Below the pieces are notes generated by a model. The model made no database searches. It had not been told where the DNA came from and was given only the letters and a program-made list of their open reading frames with translations. Shown here one piece after another: positions 35,741-48,140 of a DNA stretch of 64,000 nucleotides (position 1 is the first letter of the stretch; every line of letters begins with the position of its first letter). The translations under genes and the position numbers were made by a program. This DNA is from the human T2T-CHM13v2.0 reference genome, Homo sapiens, in assembly GCF_009914755.1 (NCBI RefSeq), contig NC_060927.1; one strand, written 5' to 3'.

Positions 35741-38700
35741 ATTGTTACTGGTATACCCACTACTACCACCAAAAGCAGTGAAGTTACATCATAAATTCTA
35801 TAATTAATTCCATAACAGTGAAAAAAAATTAGTTCTGCTCATCAGTGACAAAATGACAATAATTCTCATTCAAATTTGCTGTTTAGAAGCAGTCAGACCT
35901 TTTATCACTATTGTGATAAATTAGAGTGGGAATGAAGCCTGTGTTTTCTGTAATTAAGCAGTAATAATGCCATTTCTGACATACTTTGTCTCTGTCATCA
36001 AGGTGATATGATTTGCTTCTTAATTACATTTCTGGCAAAAGTGAAATAACAAAGAACCACACCAGTGAATTCATCTCCTTATAATACATGTTACAGTGAG
36101 TCTTGGTTAATGCTAAAGAGGTAGCAAGGAAAGAGGCTCGGCAAACCAGATTAGATTTTCCCTTCCTCTTACTTGTCCTAGTATACCGGATGTTATTATT
36201 CTGCATTTCATAAATTAAATGTAATTACATTTTAGTGTCATCTCCATTTCTCATAATGTTGAAATGTTCATTGAGCTTACCAAGAAGCCTTAAATGTGGG
36301 TGCATGGGAAGTGGGATGAAGAAAATAATGCCAATCCTGATTTCTATATGCTATTATCAAAGCTCCATTTAACCACTCTTCTAGAGGTGGGGCAGTCACA
36401 CCTAAATTACACCATCGACTAATGGAGACCAACTATAGAGACTCCAAAAGTCTTATGAGCAGTAATTTTTAGAGTTATTCCATTATGCTTTAGGCAGCAA
36501 TATTCACAATACCCATCTTAGCATTTGGTGAATAATTCTGAATCTGAAGCATTATTTTCCCCCTCTCACTTAATCATAACAGGTAAGTTCTGTCACCCTC
36601 CAGGTCTCCTCTAAAAGCTACCACGTCTTTGTACTGCTTACAGCTTTGTCTCAAGCAACAAGTCCCACCAACTAGAAAAAGATCCTCTTCCTCCTCCACA
36701 TTCTCAATTTGGAAGAGCCAGCTGAGAGCAATATGGTGGAGTAGGTTGACCTCAGCTGACACTTCGCAAATATTTATTTAGCACTGTGCTACATGTGAAT
36801 AGAAATAAAGATAAATAAAAAGAGGGCCCAAGCCCTTCAGAAGCTGACAAAGTATGAATTCACTTGGGAAGATTCTGATAAGTTTATTCACACTAAACAG
36901 TTATTAGCTGACAAGTGTTAGTTCCATCAGGTGTTATTACAACAGGTTCCTTAGCAACCCAGTTTCTTCTTCTGTGGTTGGTAGGAAGCAGGGGGAGAAG
37001 CTGAGGTACTAGGGTATTTCTGTGTGGGAACAGCTTTAGAAGAAATCTGTCAGAGAATTATAAAGTTGCCCAACTGAAGCTCCAGAGAATCACCTGCCAA
37101 CCTATTTCATCCTGGGGCTTTCACAGAATGGGCTCCCAGGAATGTCCCTTAACAGATTTTCTGCCAACCAAGAAAGCAAGTATGCAGAGCTGACCTTGGA
37201 GCCAGGAGCTTCAGGAGACTCATTTTCTCATTAAGAATTGTATTCCCTTTAAAAGCACCATAATGTAGCCTGAAAAACTTCCTTCCTTTAAGAGCTTGTT
37301 TCATAGCCTGACACACTGTGGAGTAATAGCCACAGAATTTAGGTTTAATTGGCAGTGATCCTAAAGGGCACCACTGTATCAAATGTTTAGAATGTTAGGA
37401 ATTTTAGGCTAGAAGTCAAGTGGCCTCCTGAGTGAATTTCACATTTCAGTAAGTGTATAAATGACATGTGCCCTGAAGAAAGACTTGGGGGTGGGGACAA
37501 ATTCTAGACAGCCTTTTTACAGGAAATATTTGTACATACAGCATATGTGTGTATACATACATAATTTCTTATATTTAATTTGTGATTATTTAACAATAAA
37601 CAATTGAAAATCAGGGACCAGCCTACTCACACAAAAAAATTATACAAAATTACTTTTATTAATTCTATAATCATCAAACAGTAAAAATGAAAACTTAGGG
37701 CTCAGAGTACTTACAGAAGTCTTCCTGCAGAAAATTATGGTGACTTCTACTATCATTTAGACAGGATTTTAGTAAGTTTGGGTTTAAAATATGAGGTGTG
37801 CTTTGAAGATCAAGGCCTGGGCCAGTTGGCTTAGAATAAGGTTCATCTGCAAACACAGAGATTCAGTAAACTGTCACTAGCCAAAGATAGATCTTGTCTT
37901 CATCTGCCTCAGCACCAGGAGAAAATTTATTTAAGGAGAAAGAAAACAAGAACAAGGAGTATTCTATAGCTTGTGTGTCTTGTAACTTGAGATGACATTT
38001 TCTGCATACTTGCTACTATGTAATATCCAGTAGAAGATATGGGATGCCCACATCTCAGTGGCTCAAATCACAAGCAAAAGGCAGTAATTGGATGTCCACA
38101 CTGTCCATCATCTCAAGGACAACAGAGGCAGATGGGCCACCTCAGGTGCAGAAACCAGATATGGTGAAGGGACTTGAGAGGCTATGAACCATTCTTTATT
38201 GTGGAGGGGTGAGGTGGGGTGAGCAGCAAGGATGAGATTGGCAGATATTTCCCATTCTGCTTGCAGCCTTTCCCACCATGGGATTAGAAATTGGCATGGA
38301 CCATATCTGAATGCTAGTAATTTTATCCATCAGAGCCTGATGAGAAGAAATGAGAGTCCTGGACCTTAACTAAGAAGTTCCACGGAAAAACAATATATGT
38401 AAAAATAAATAACACATGAGATAGGCCCTCAAGAAATGTTTTCACTGATAATATGAATAATAATAGACAACATTTTGGTGGGAACTTACATGTGTCAAAC
38501 ACTTGGCTAACAATATACTCATGTGGTTCAAGCTCTGAAACTTATTTTTTTCCATAACTCATTTGGCAACAAGACCTGACTCTACCTGAATTTGTGTGAT
38601 GCCAGAACTTGACCTGAACTGCTGTGCAGCTATTTCTTGTGTTTATTTATTCAACTTAGTGGAAATATTTCTATATTTTCCTGTAGAATTTTTGATGTGT

Positions 38701-38794
38701 TTGACTATGAGATGTTTCCCAAACTCTGTTATGGGGTATTGTTTAAGATATAATATATACTCCATATAATCTTTCCTTAAAAAATAAAAATTTC

Positions 38795-38848
38795 TTATTC
38801 CAGGGTACATCTGGTCTCAGAGGGTTTAGACAAGGGTTGTAGACCCTG
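38795..38848. mobile_element. MER46C-like (Tigger) terminal fragment
   Basis: ACATCTGGTCTCAGAGGGTTTAGACAAGGGTTGTAGACCCTG resembles the MER46C terminus. Confidence 0.4.
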
Positions 38849-38854
38849 CGTCTT

Positions 38855-39030
38855 TTCAACATCCTTTGATTTAGCAATATAAATTATCTTTATTAATTGA
38901 AGATAAATTGAGATTGAAGCACAGAGATTTTAAGTAGTTTCTCTAAGGTCACACAGTTGATACTGGTTGAAGCTACAACTTGATTTTAGTCAGTTTGCCA
39001 CTAAGGTTATGGTCTTAAGTCACTGCTCTG
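38855..39030 (-). mobile_element. MIR SINE
   Basis: GAGATTGAAGCACAGAGATTTTAAGTAGTTTCTCTAAGGTCACACAG. Confidence 0.7.
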
Positions 39031-39685
39031 TACTGCTTCTTATATAGATAATGATATATAATAGAGAAACAATGAAGTTTACTAGTAAGGTAATGGAAAT
39101 GCCTACAAATAACAGTAAGAAAATACAGTATTGCGAACAAGCAAATATAGTTCCTGTCAGATATTTGACAACCAATCTAATGTGTTGACTAAGAGCTATA
39201 GGCACAAAAAAGCAATGCTGGATAGAAAAGGAGGGGGGTGAGAGTACCTTATCAGTGGCAGGGCTTGGGAAATTCAGGATGTCAAACAAGAAACAATGCC
39301 AAAGAGATATCTTTGGAATCTTTGTGTTAGAGCCTGGGAAAACCCCAAAGCAGCCACTGGGACGGGGATCATGGCAGTGGAAGTAGGAGAGCCACAGTCC
39401 TTGGGGGTCTCAAGAGATATTTGAGAATCTCTGCTTGCTCTGCCCTTCACTTAGAAGGGGATCTTCCACTTGAAGGAGCCTGTCACATTGGCAGTGTATG
39501 GGTCACAACCAGTTTGCTACTGGGGGCCCTTCCTCTTATTTTCTTCTGACTGGTAAACAGAGTTTGTGTTAAGGAGCGCTGTCAATGTAGAATGCTCCTC
39601 ATTCCTTGCATATAAATACCATAATCTGTGAAGGCTGACACAGAGGTGACTGGGAGAAACAGAGAGAGTAAGAGCTTGCATGTTA

Positions 39686-41655
39686 TCTATATTTCATAGA
39701 TAATATAAGACTATACCTAGAAAACCCCGTAGACTCTGACCAAAGGCTCCTAGAACTGATAAACAACTTCAGCAAAGTTTTGGGATACAAAATCAATTTG
39801 CAAAATCAGTAACATTTCTATACACCAATAACTTCCAAGCTGACAGCCAAATCAAGAATGCAATCCCATTCACAATAGCCACAAAAGGAATAAAATACCT
39901 AGGCATACAGCTAACCAGGGAGGTGAAAGACCTCTACAATGAGAATGACAAAACAGTATTCAAAGAAACCAGAGACAACACAAAGAAATGAAAAAGCATT
40001 CCATGTTCATGGATAGAAAGAATCGATATTGTTAAAATGGGCATACTGCCCAAAGCTATTTACAGATGCAATGCTATTCCTATCAAACTACCAGTGACAT
40101 TTTCACAGAATTAGAAGAAAATATTCTAAAATTTATTCTGAACCAAAAAAGAGTCCTAATGGCCAAAGCAATCCTAAGCAAAAAGAACAAAGCTGAAGGT
40201 TTTACAACACCTGACTTCAAACTATACTACAAGGCTATAGCAACAAAAGCAGGTTGTTACATGGTACTACTACACACACAATCAGACAATATCGATCAAT
40301 GGAACAGGTTAGAAAACTAGAAGTAAAGCTGCACACCTGCAACCATCTGATCTGCAACAAAACCAACAAAAACAAGCCCTGGAGAAAGGACTCCCTATAG
40401 AATAAATGCTGCTGGGATAACTGGCTAGCCATAGGCAGAAGATTGATACTGGATCCCTACTTTCCACCAGATACAAAAAATCAACTCAAAATAAATTAAA
40501 GACTTAAATGGAAAGCCTAAAATTAAAAAGGCCCTAGAAGAAAATCTGGGAAATACCATCCTAGACATCAGCCCAGGCAAAGACTTTATGACAAAAAAAC
40601 TCTGAAAGCCATTGCAACAAAAACAAAAATTGGCAGGTGGGATCTAATTAAACTAAAGAGCTTCTGCACAGCAAAAGAAACTATGGAGAGAGTAAACAGA
40701 CAACCTACAGACTGAGAGAAAATATTTGCAAACTATGACTCCAACAAAGGTCTAATATCCAGAATCTATAAGTAACTCAAATGAACAAGCAAAAACCAAA
40801 AAGCCCCATTAAAAAATGGGCAATTTTAAATAAACAGACACTCTCAAAATAAGACATACATGCAGCCAGTGAGCATGTGAGAAAATGCTCAATACCACTC
40901 ATCATTAGGGATATGCAAATCAAAACCACAATGAGATATCATCTCACACCAGTCAGAATGGCTATTATTAAAAAGTTAAAAAAAAAAAGAAAAGCAGATG
41001 CTGGTGAGGTTGTAGAGAAAAAGGAACTTTATACACTGCTAGTGGGAATGAGTATTAGTTCAGCGACTGTGGAAAGCAGTCTGGAGATCCCTCAGACTTA
41101 ACCCAGCAATCCCATTAATGGGTATATATATCCAAAGGAATATAAATTGTTCTACCATAAAGACACATGCACACATATGTTTGTCGCAGCACTATCCACA
41201 ACAGCAAATACATGGAATCAACCTAGATGCCCATCAGTGGTGGACTGGATAAAGAAAATGTGGCACATATACACCATGGAATACTACGCAGTTATAACAA
41301 ATGAGTTCATGGCCTTTGCAGCCACATGGATGGAGCTGGAGGCCATTATCCTAAGCAAACTAATGTAAGAACAGAAAACCACATGCTGCGTGTTTTCACT
41401 TACAAGTGGGAGCTAAACACTGAGTACACATGGACATAAAGAAGGGAACAATACACACTGGGGACTATTTGAAGGTAGCAAGTGGGAAGAGGGTGAAGAT
41501 CAAAAAACTACCTATGACGTATTAGGCCGATTACCTGGGTGACAAAATTATCTATACACCAAACCCCCATGACACAGAATTAACCCATGTAACAAACCTA
41601 CACATGAATGCCTTCAACCTAAAATAAAAGTTGGAAAGAAACAAAAAAATAAAAG
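39686..41655 (+). mobile_element. L1PA15/16-L1PB-type 5'-truncated L1 (ORF2 RT C-terminal part plus 3'UTR), decayed
   Basis: CTAGAACTGATAAACAACTTCAGCAAAG; ORF-track fragments ([41 protein letters not shown]) are L1 ORF2p; ends CTAAAATAAAAGTTGGAAAG. Confidence 0.95.
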
Positions 41656-42999
41656 AGAGGTTGAATGAGTCAAAGAGATGTTATTTAAAACAGTGGAGAA
41701 GTAAAGGGCTCTTTGCAACATAATTGATGAACGCGAAAGTCGCCAAAAGTGTATGAAAGCAGACACGGAGGCCAAGAAGGGGGAAAGCTGATAAAAGACA
41801 TGCTAATGGCAATGAGAGAAATGAGTGTTCCAGAGAGTTGTTATATTGTGCTGTGTTGTAAAGCTGGAAAGGCTAAGGTGAAATGACCCTACCAGTAAGA
41901 AGAGAATAATTGAGTTTGCTAGTGTCTGAGCTAAATGCTGGCCAAGTAGAATGAACTTTTTAATGCACCTTCTGGAGTGATTTTCACATTTTTTGGGGAC
42001 TCTCAGGCCTTGGCTATGAAATAAGGAAGGTGATTTGTTAAAACTAAATAAAGTTGGTTATTGTGGTACATAATGTTTTATTTTCCAGCATGTTTTTACA
42101 AAGCAATGGTGTTAGAAGATAACCCTCAGATTATGAGGGTGGTGATATATTATTTGGGCAGTGATGTATTGTTGTAGTCACATTGGTCCACTGAAATATA
42201 AAACCATTTTGTCCAGAGATCAAGAGGTGATGTTAAACCAAGCTTGCTTAACCTTGAGGTAATGTTGGAGTTAATTTATATGTGGACCACAGGTGATTTG
42301 CATCATAAACTAAAATATAATTTCGAAAAGATTTAAACTCTCCATAATCTCTACACATATAAAATGACCCTTCTCCTAAGAACTCTGATGAGTTTCTAAC
42401 AGCAAGTTCTTACAAGGCTTACAAATCAGCTAAATGAACTTTTTAAATCACTATAAAAATGAAGCATACCTGCAGCAATCAGAATGCCAATTATTTGATC
42501 TAAAATTTCTTTCAGATACGTTACATTATAAACTATCAAAACCCAGACTAGAACTGATTATAGCATAGTATAGCATTCATGGATCTCTCATCAATGGCCA
42601 GCAAACATTACTGAACAGTCAAAACATATAGTTTCATAGTCTACCACATGTCAGAAGTTTTGAGAAGACAACGGTGATATGATTTCAGTGTTTTCAGAAA
42701 AACTCTGAGGATTCATTTTATATCAGAAACCCATTGAATTATGTTGCAAAAAGAAACCTGTATTCTTCTTGTTCTGTGGTAGAAGGCAAAGAATAGAGGA
42801 AAAAATATGTGGCATAAGACTTCTTTTAAAAATAAGTACTTCAATATGATTATCTAATTTAATGTTTTGTCTGCTCAGCATGGATTTTTCCTTTTTATGA
42901 CATTACTGTTCTATTTTTCTTTACAAAAACAATTTTGGTAAATCTGGCTCCAAACCATCTTGCTCTGAGGGATGGAAAGTAACCTATATCCAAACAGAT

Positions 43000-43930
43000 T
43001 TGTAATGAGAAGTTCAGGGACAGGCATGTGACTCTACCTGAACTAGGGTACAGTGAGTTAATCCCAATCCTCTTTTAATTTTTAATTTTTTTAGAGATGA
43101 ACGTTTCACCATGTTGCAACCAGCTTGGTCATAAACTTCCAGGCTGAAGGGTTCCTCAAGCCTCAGCCTCCCAAGTAGCTGAAACTACAGGCACACACCA
43201 CTGCATCCAGCTAAGCCCAAGATTCTTTCAGAAATCTTTCAGAAAGACAAGTGAAATTGCTAAGTCAAGACCTGCCACGGGTCTCTGTATAGTGAGAGCT
43301 CACCTAAGAATTGAGCCAACACAGAATAAAAGAGCTAAGAGGTGTATAGAGAGAGGGGGTAGTAGAGACAGGGGAAGGCTGATGAAGTACTGATGACATT
43401 CTTGGGATATAGATCCTCCTGAAGCTCTCTCTCTTACTCCTGGATTTTTCTATTGTGTGAGCTAATAATAACCCTTTTGTATGTATGTATTGTTATTTTT
43501 GTAAGTACGTTTATAATGGGAAATATGTCATTTAAAACTTAAAGATTTCAGTTTACAGAAATTGATACTTGAAGGTGGGATAAATTATAAAATTTTGAAT
43601 TGACTGAGTCAAAGTGAAATATGAGAAAGGTACAATTTGTCTATCCCAGGGAGATCACTGACATTACCTATAATGCAACAAAAAAGTAGTGTATACTTTG
43701 TTATATTTTAGGACTCTGGTGATGTACCCACTGTAACTGGAATTTTAGGTTAGTAGGTATAAAAATGTCAGTAAGACAGCTAGCTACATCTTTTATCCTA
43801 CATCCTTAAAGAGAGACCAAGAGTGTGTTTCCAAATCTCACACATCTGAAAGCAGAAATGAGGGGAAAATACGTTATTTTTAATTTTCTTTTCATTTAGT
43901 CATTTGTTTGTTTGTTTGTTGCTATGAAGC
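43000..43930 (+). mobile_element. MLT1K/L-type 5' LTR plus start of MLT1 internal sequence
   Basis: LTR 3' end ...GTTTACA (43557) followed by GAAATTGATACTTGAAGGTGGG, which resembles the MaLR internal start GAAAATTGGTACC..GTGGG. Confidence 0.55.
43071..43212 (-). mobile_element. FLAM_A-type Alu monomer
   Basis: Single left-type monomer with TSD-like AATCCCAA/AAGCCCAA. Confidence 0.75.
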
Positions 43931-43979
43931 TACAATTATCAAGACAGAAAGATACTGGTAGAATAATAGACTAATAGGT

Positions 43980-45660
43980 TAATGGAAGGGAAAAGAAAGT
44001 GCAGAAATAGATTCTGCTTTCCCTCAAAGTCACACCCAGGCCATTCAGTGGAGATGGTAAGTCTTTCACCAAATAGTCTGGAAAACTTGGATAAACATAT
44101 GAAAAAAAATAGCAATTTCAACCACTATCTCCCAATAGTAAAAATGTAATTTAAGACAACTGCAGACCTAAACATAAACTTATACTACAACATTTCTAGA
44201 AAACAACACAGACAAATATTTCTGTAAACTTGAGTTAGGCAAGGATTTCTGAGAAAAGACCAAAAAGAAAAAAGAAAGCACTAACCACAAAAGATGAAGA
44301 AATAATGCATTATATTTCATCTAAATTAATAAAAACATCATCAAAAGACACCATGAGAAAACAAAAAGGCTAGAATGGTATTTATAATACATATATTTGA
44401 CAATAGATTTGCATCTAGGATATCTAAACTACTGCAACTTAGTAATTAAAAAAAAAAACCACAACAGTTAAAAATGGGTAGAACATGGAAAGACACTTCA
44501 CAAAAGAAAAAATTCTAGTAGCTAATAAGCATATTAAAAGATAGCCAATATCGTTAGTCATCAAGGAATTGCCGACTGAAACCACATCACGCCAAGCAGA
44601 ACACAATGGAAAGAACTGATAATACCAAATGTTGTCAAGGATGTGGAACAACTGGAACACTCACACATGGCTGGTGAGAGTGTAAAATAGTATAATCACT
44701 TTAGAAAACTCCTGGACATTCTTATGAAGCCAAACATTTGCTTGCCCTATGGCTCAGAAATTTCCCCCTTCAATATTTACCAAATAAAGAGGAAAATATA
44801 TTTTTAAACACAAGACATTGCACATGAAATTTTAGAGCAAGTTTATTCAAAGGTAGCCTCAAACAGGAAACAGCCTAAATGCCCCTCAGCAGATATATGG
44901 AAAAATAATGTGTAGTCGTAACACTAGAATACTTTTCAACAGTAATAATAATACAATACAGAATTACTGATGTATGTAATAGTAGTAAATTACTCTCAAA
45001 GATATTATGTTAAACAAACAATAAAATCCAGACACAAAATATTATCTACTGTGTATTCCCATTTATATGAAGTTCAGGAAAAGGTTGTTTCTATGAATCA
45101 TGTACCTCATAGCACTTAGCTTAACCCTAACTCTAATCCTAATAATGTTACTTCCATTTCAGGTTCAATTGCATTCAGGGACTTTCCTCTGCTTACTCAA
45201 ATTAAAGTCTCCCTCCTGCTTCAATTCCACTCACTTCCCCATATGTCATGTCCTGGGGGAAAGGAGAAAAGGAAACAGGAAGCAATGGTTTGTATACCCT
45301 ATATGATGGAGTTTGTAAGATGGGCAGCAATGGACAGGCTTCACCCTACATTAAGTAGACATGTTTTATAGGGGGTGTGAGCAGCAGTAAATCCTTACAC
45401 CTTTACTATTTCTGACCTAGATAAATTGGCAGGAGTAGAAAGCAATAAAACTACTATGGTGATAAAACCAGAACAGTGGTTGCCTATGTTAGGTAGGGAC
45501 TAACTTGAGAAGGGTTCAAGGTAATTTTCTGGGGTTATACAAAGGTTCTAGACTTTGACTAGGGTTTTGGATATGTAAGTGTATATATTTTCAAAACTTA
45601 CTGAATTATAAACCTAAGATTTTTGAGTTTCCTTATATCTAATCTTTTCTTCACTAAAAA
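43980..45660 (+). mobile_element. L1ME/L1MD-type 3' fragment interrupted at 45085-45442
   Basis: AAAATGGGTAGAACATGGAAAGACACTTCACAAAAGAA; CTGATAATACCAAATGTTG; CCATTTATATGAAGTTCA..., resuming AAAACTACTATGGTGATA...CAGTGGTTGCCT. Confidence 0.85.
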
Positions 45661-45685
45661 ATGAAAACTGTTATGATTAACAATA

Positions 45686-45919
45686 CAACCTTCCTTCCTT
45701 CCTTCCTTCCTTCCTTCCTTCCTTCCTCCCTCCCTCCCTCCCTTCTTCCTTCCTTCTTTTTTCTTTTCTTTCTTTTCAGAGGTGATCTCACTCTGTTGCC
45801 CTGGCTAAAGTGAAGTGGCACAATCATAGCTCACTATAACCCTGAACTTCTGGGCTCAAGCAATCTTCCCACTTCAGCCAAAGCACTGGGATTGCAAGTG
45901 TGAGCCACTGCGCCTGGCC
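45686..45919 (-). mobile_element. Alu monomer (FRAM or arm-recombined AluJ) with (CCTT)n tail and 10-bp TSD
   Basis: ATTAACAATA at 45676-85 and 45920-29; monomer-length body; (CCTT)n/(CCCT)n at about 45689-45757. Confidence 0.85.
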
Positions 45920-45999
45920 ATTAACAATATTTTTTCTCAGTGTAGGAAACAACAAGCAAACATAAGATCTTAAGACCATAGGTGGCTGTTTGTGGCCAG

Positions 46000-47111
46000 T
46001 AATCTGTGATTCCTGAAAATCAGGTAATCTTCAGTTTTATTGGATTGGAAACGTTGAATTATTTGTGAATAATATAGTTAGTTCTGGGAGAAAGCAGCGT
46101 ATCAGGCTGAAATGAAGGAAAGCGGAGCTCGGATCTCCATCCTCACCCTTCCGGAAAATTCCTACTAGAGAAGTTGGTGAAGCACCACATTTAAATTTCT
46201 GAAATGGAAAGGCTTTCAACCTAACATCTATATTCAGCACAATGATTAATAAAGCAAATGGCTGGAATAGAAACATTTTCTGACATGGAAGAAATGAGAA
46301 TTTAACTCTGAAGAGCCCCTTCTTAGGAAGCTCTTTGAGGATGTGCTTCAGGCAAATGATATGCTTAGGAACACACAGGATCCCACCTGACCCCACACAG
46401 GATCAAGAAAAGAATACAAGAAAAGTCTCAGGATGGCCATTGTGTATACCAGGAGCAGAAGGCATCCAGTTTCAACTGAGCAGGAAGGAGGGTTGTGGGA
46501 GAGGATTCTCCAAAAGCAAAACAAGTGTGTACTGGGGGGGGTGGGGTTAAAGGAGGGGTTGGGTCATGAGATGACATCAGAAAGAATGTTTCTTATGTCA
46601 GACAACCGTGCAGGTTGCAGATTACCGCAGACCCTTCAAAAAAGCCTTTAATGTGATTCCCAAGAGGATCAGCCTGTGAATATCTGCCACACAGAAGACA
46701 GCAGTGGCTGGATTACAAAAGCACCAATGATATAAGACATTTGTTACGTTTCCCCTAAACATCTCACCCCTTTGCAGGACCCAGGAAGTATGGGAGTGGT
46801 AGGAGAGTTGAAGGAAAAGGGAAAGGACAGAGTCTATTGTAAGTCTCTGAGTCTAACCTGAGACAGCCTGAGCTTGTTCAGGAGGGAAACTGGGAATTCC
46901 AAATGATTCAGGTTTAAATTGGAGTAGTCTGGACATAATACCTAAAGATAGTCACAGTTAACTTTTTCTTCTACATGAAAGTAACTGGAAAGGGATGGGG
47001 GAAGGAGAGTTGACAGAGCAGAGGTTTAAACACAGTGATTAGAGAACAAATCCCCTCTACTCGCCCTCGTTTCTACCCACTGAGTTCGAACTATTCAACA
47101 ATCTACTTACA
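46000..47111 (+). mobile_element. Ancient long LTR-like element (LTR78/LTR85/88-like, unresolved)
   Basis: Purine-rich body and a 3' end CCCACTGAGTTCGAACTATTCAACAATCTACTTACA resembling old mammalian LTR ends; 5' edge uncertain. Confidence 0.4.
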
Positions 47112-47964
47112 GTCTCTGCCACCTGCCTGTTCTGATGATCAAAGAATAAGCATTTTTTTCTTCTGTTACAACCACCTGTGTTTCATTCCTGGTCACCAAA
47201 TGGAGGTACACCACAGCATCTGATTCAACATATTGGTTGTTTACATCATGATGCCTCTGTAAATATTGTTCTTGTGTGAATCTACATAGACCAATATGAT
47301 TACACTCTCAATCTGATAAAGCTTTGCACTTTCCTTTAGTTATATTTTGCCTTAACTTTTCAAGATTCAAATGAGAAATCAGCAACTATGTTTTTAGCAC
47401 AATAAAGACTCTTTATAATTTGTTAAAATACCTAAGTATATATTAACTTACTTGTGTTTATTTGTATTATTTGCCTGTGTTTGAAATTATGGTGTTGTAT
47501 ATTCTGAGGATACTGTAGTGTTTGGATTTGGATTTTTTTTTAACTTCTGCATATTTTTGTTGGTTTATTGCGTGAAATAGAGTGAGTCTGCTTACGTAGA
47601 CTATACTGTAGCCATGTTTAACCAGTTCTGTGTCTACTTACATTCTGTGGCCAGAAAAACAGACAGACAGATGGATGATAGGTAAGTAGGTAAAGATATG
47701 TGGGTAGATAGATATAAATATTTACATGTAACAATAAACATAAGTATTTCCTATATATGTAATATAAATTGTATAAAATTGAGGCAAGTTACTTCATAGT
47801 ATTGTGAAGATTTATTGAAATAATTTACATAACAATATTGCCTATCGAACAAGTGCTTGCAAATATTGCTTATTATTTTCAGAATAATTATGCAAAGTTA
47901 TTCTCTCATCCTATAGCACATTAAGAAATATGGACACATTCCAATTATAAAAAAGTGGAAAGCA

Positions 47965-48140
47965 AAGTATTGGGATTTAGAAGAACTCATTTTCAGTCCT
48001 GCCTTCTGCAACAAGCTAAATTTGTGACTCTTACCAAAATGTCCCAGTTCTATGGGCCGTAATTTCTTCATCTATAAAATTAAAGGGCTAATATACACTT
48101 TCTCTCTAATGTTTACTTCAGCCTTAAACGTCCATGATTA
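47965..48140 (+). mobile_element. MIR3-type SINE
   Basis: TCAGTCCTGCCTTCTGCAAC...TGTGACTCTT...TTTCTTCATCTATAAAAT...CTTCAGCCTTAAACGTCCATGATT. Confidence 0.65.

Noticed and set aside
40066-41368. ORF fragments with real protein similarity
   Set aside because: These are pieces of L1 ORF2p in a truncated, stop-ridden L1 copy, not a host CDS.
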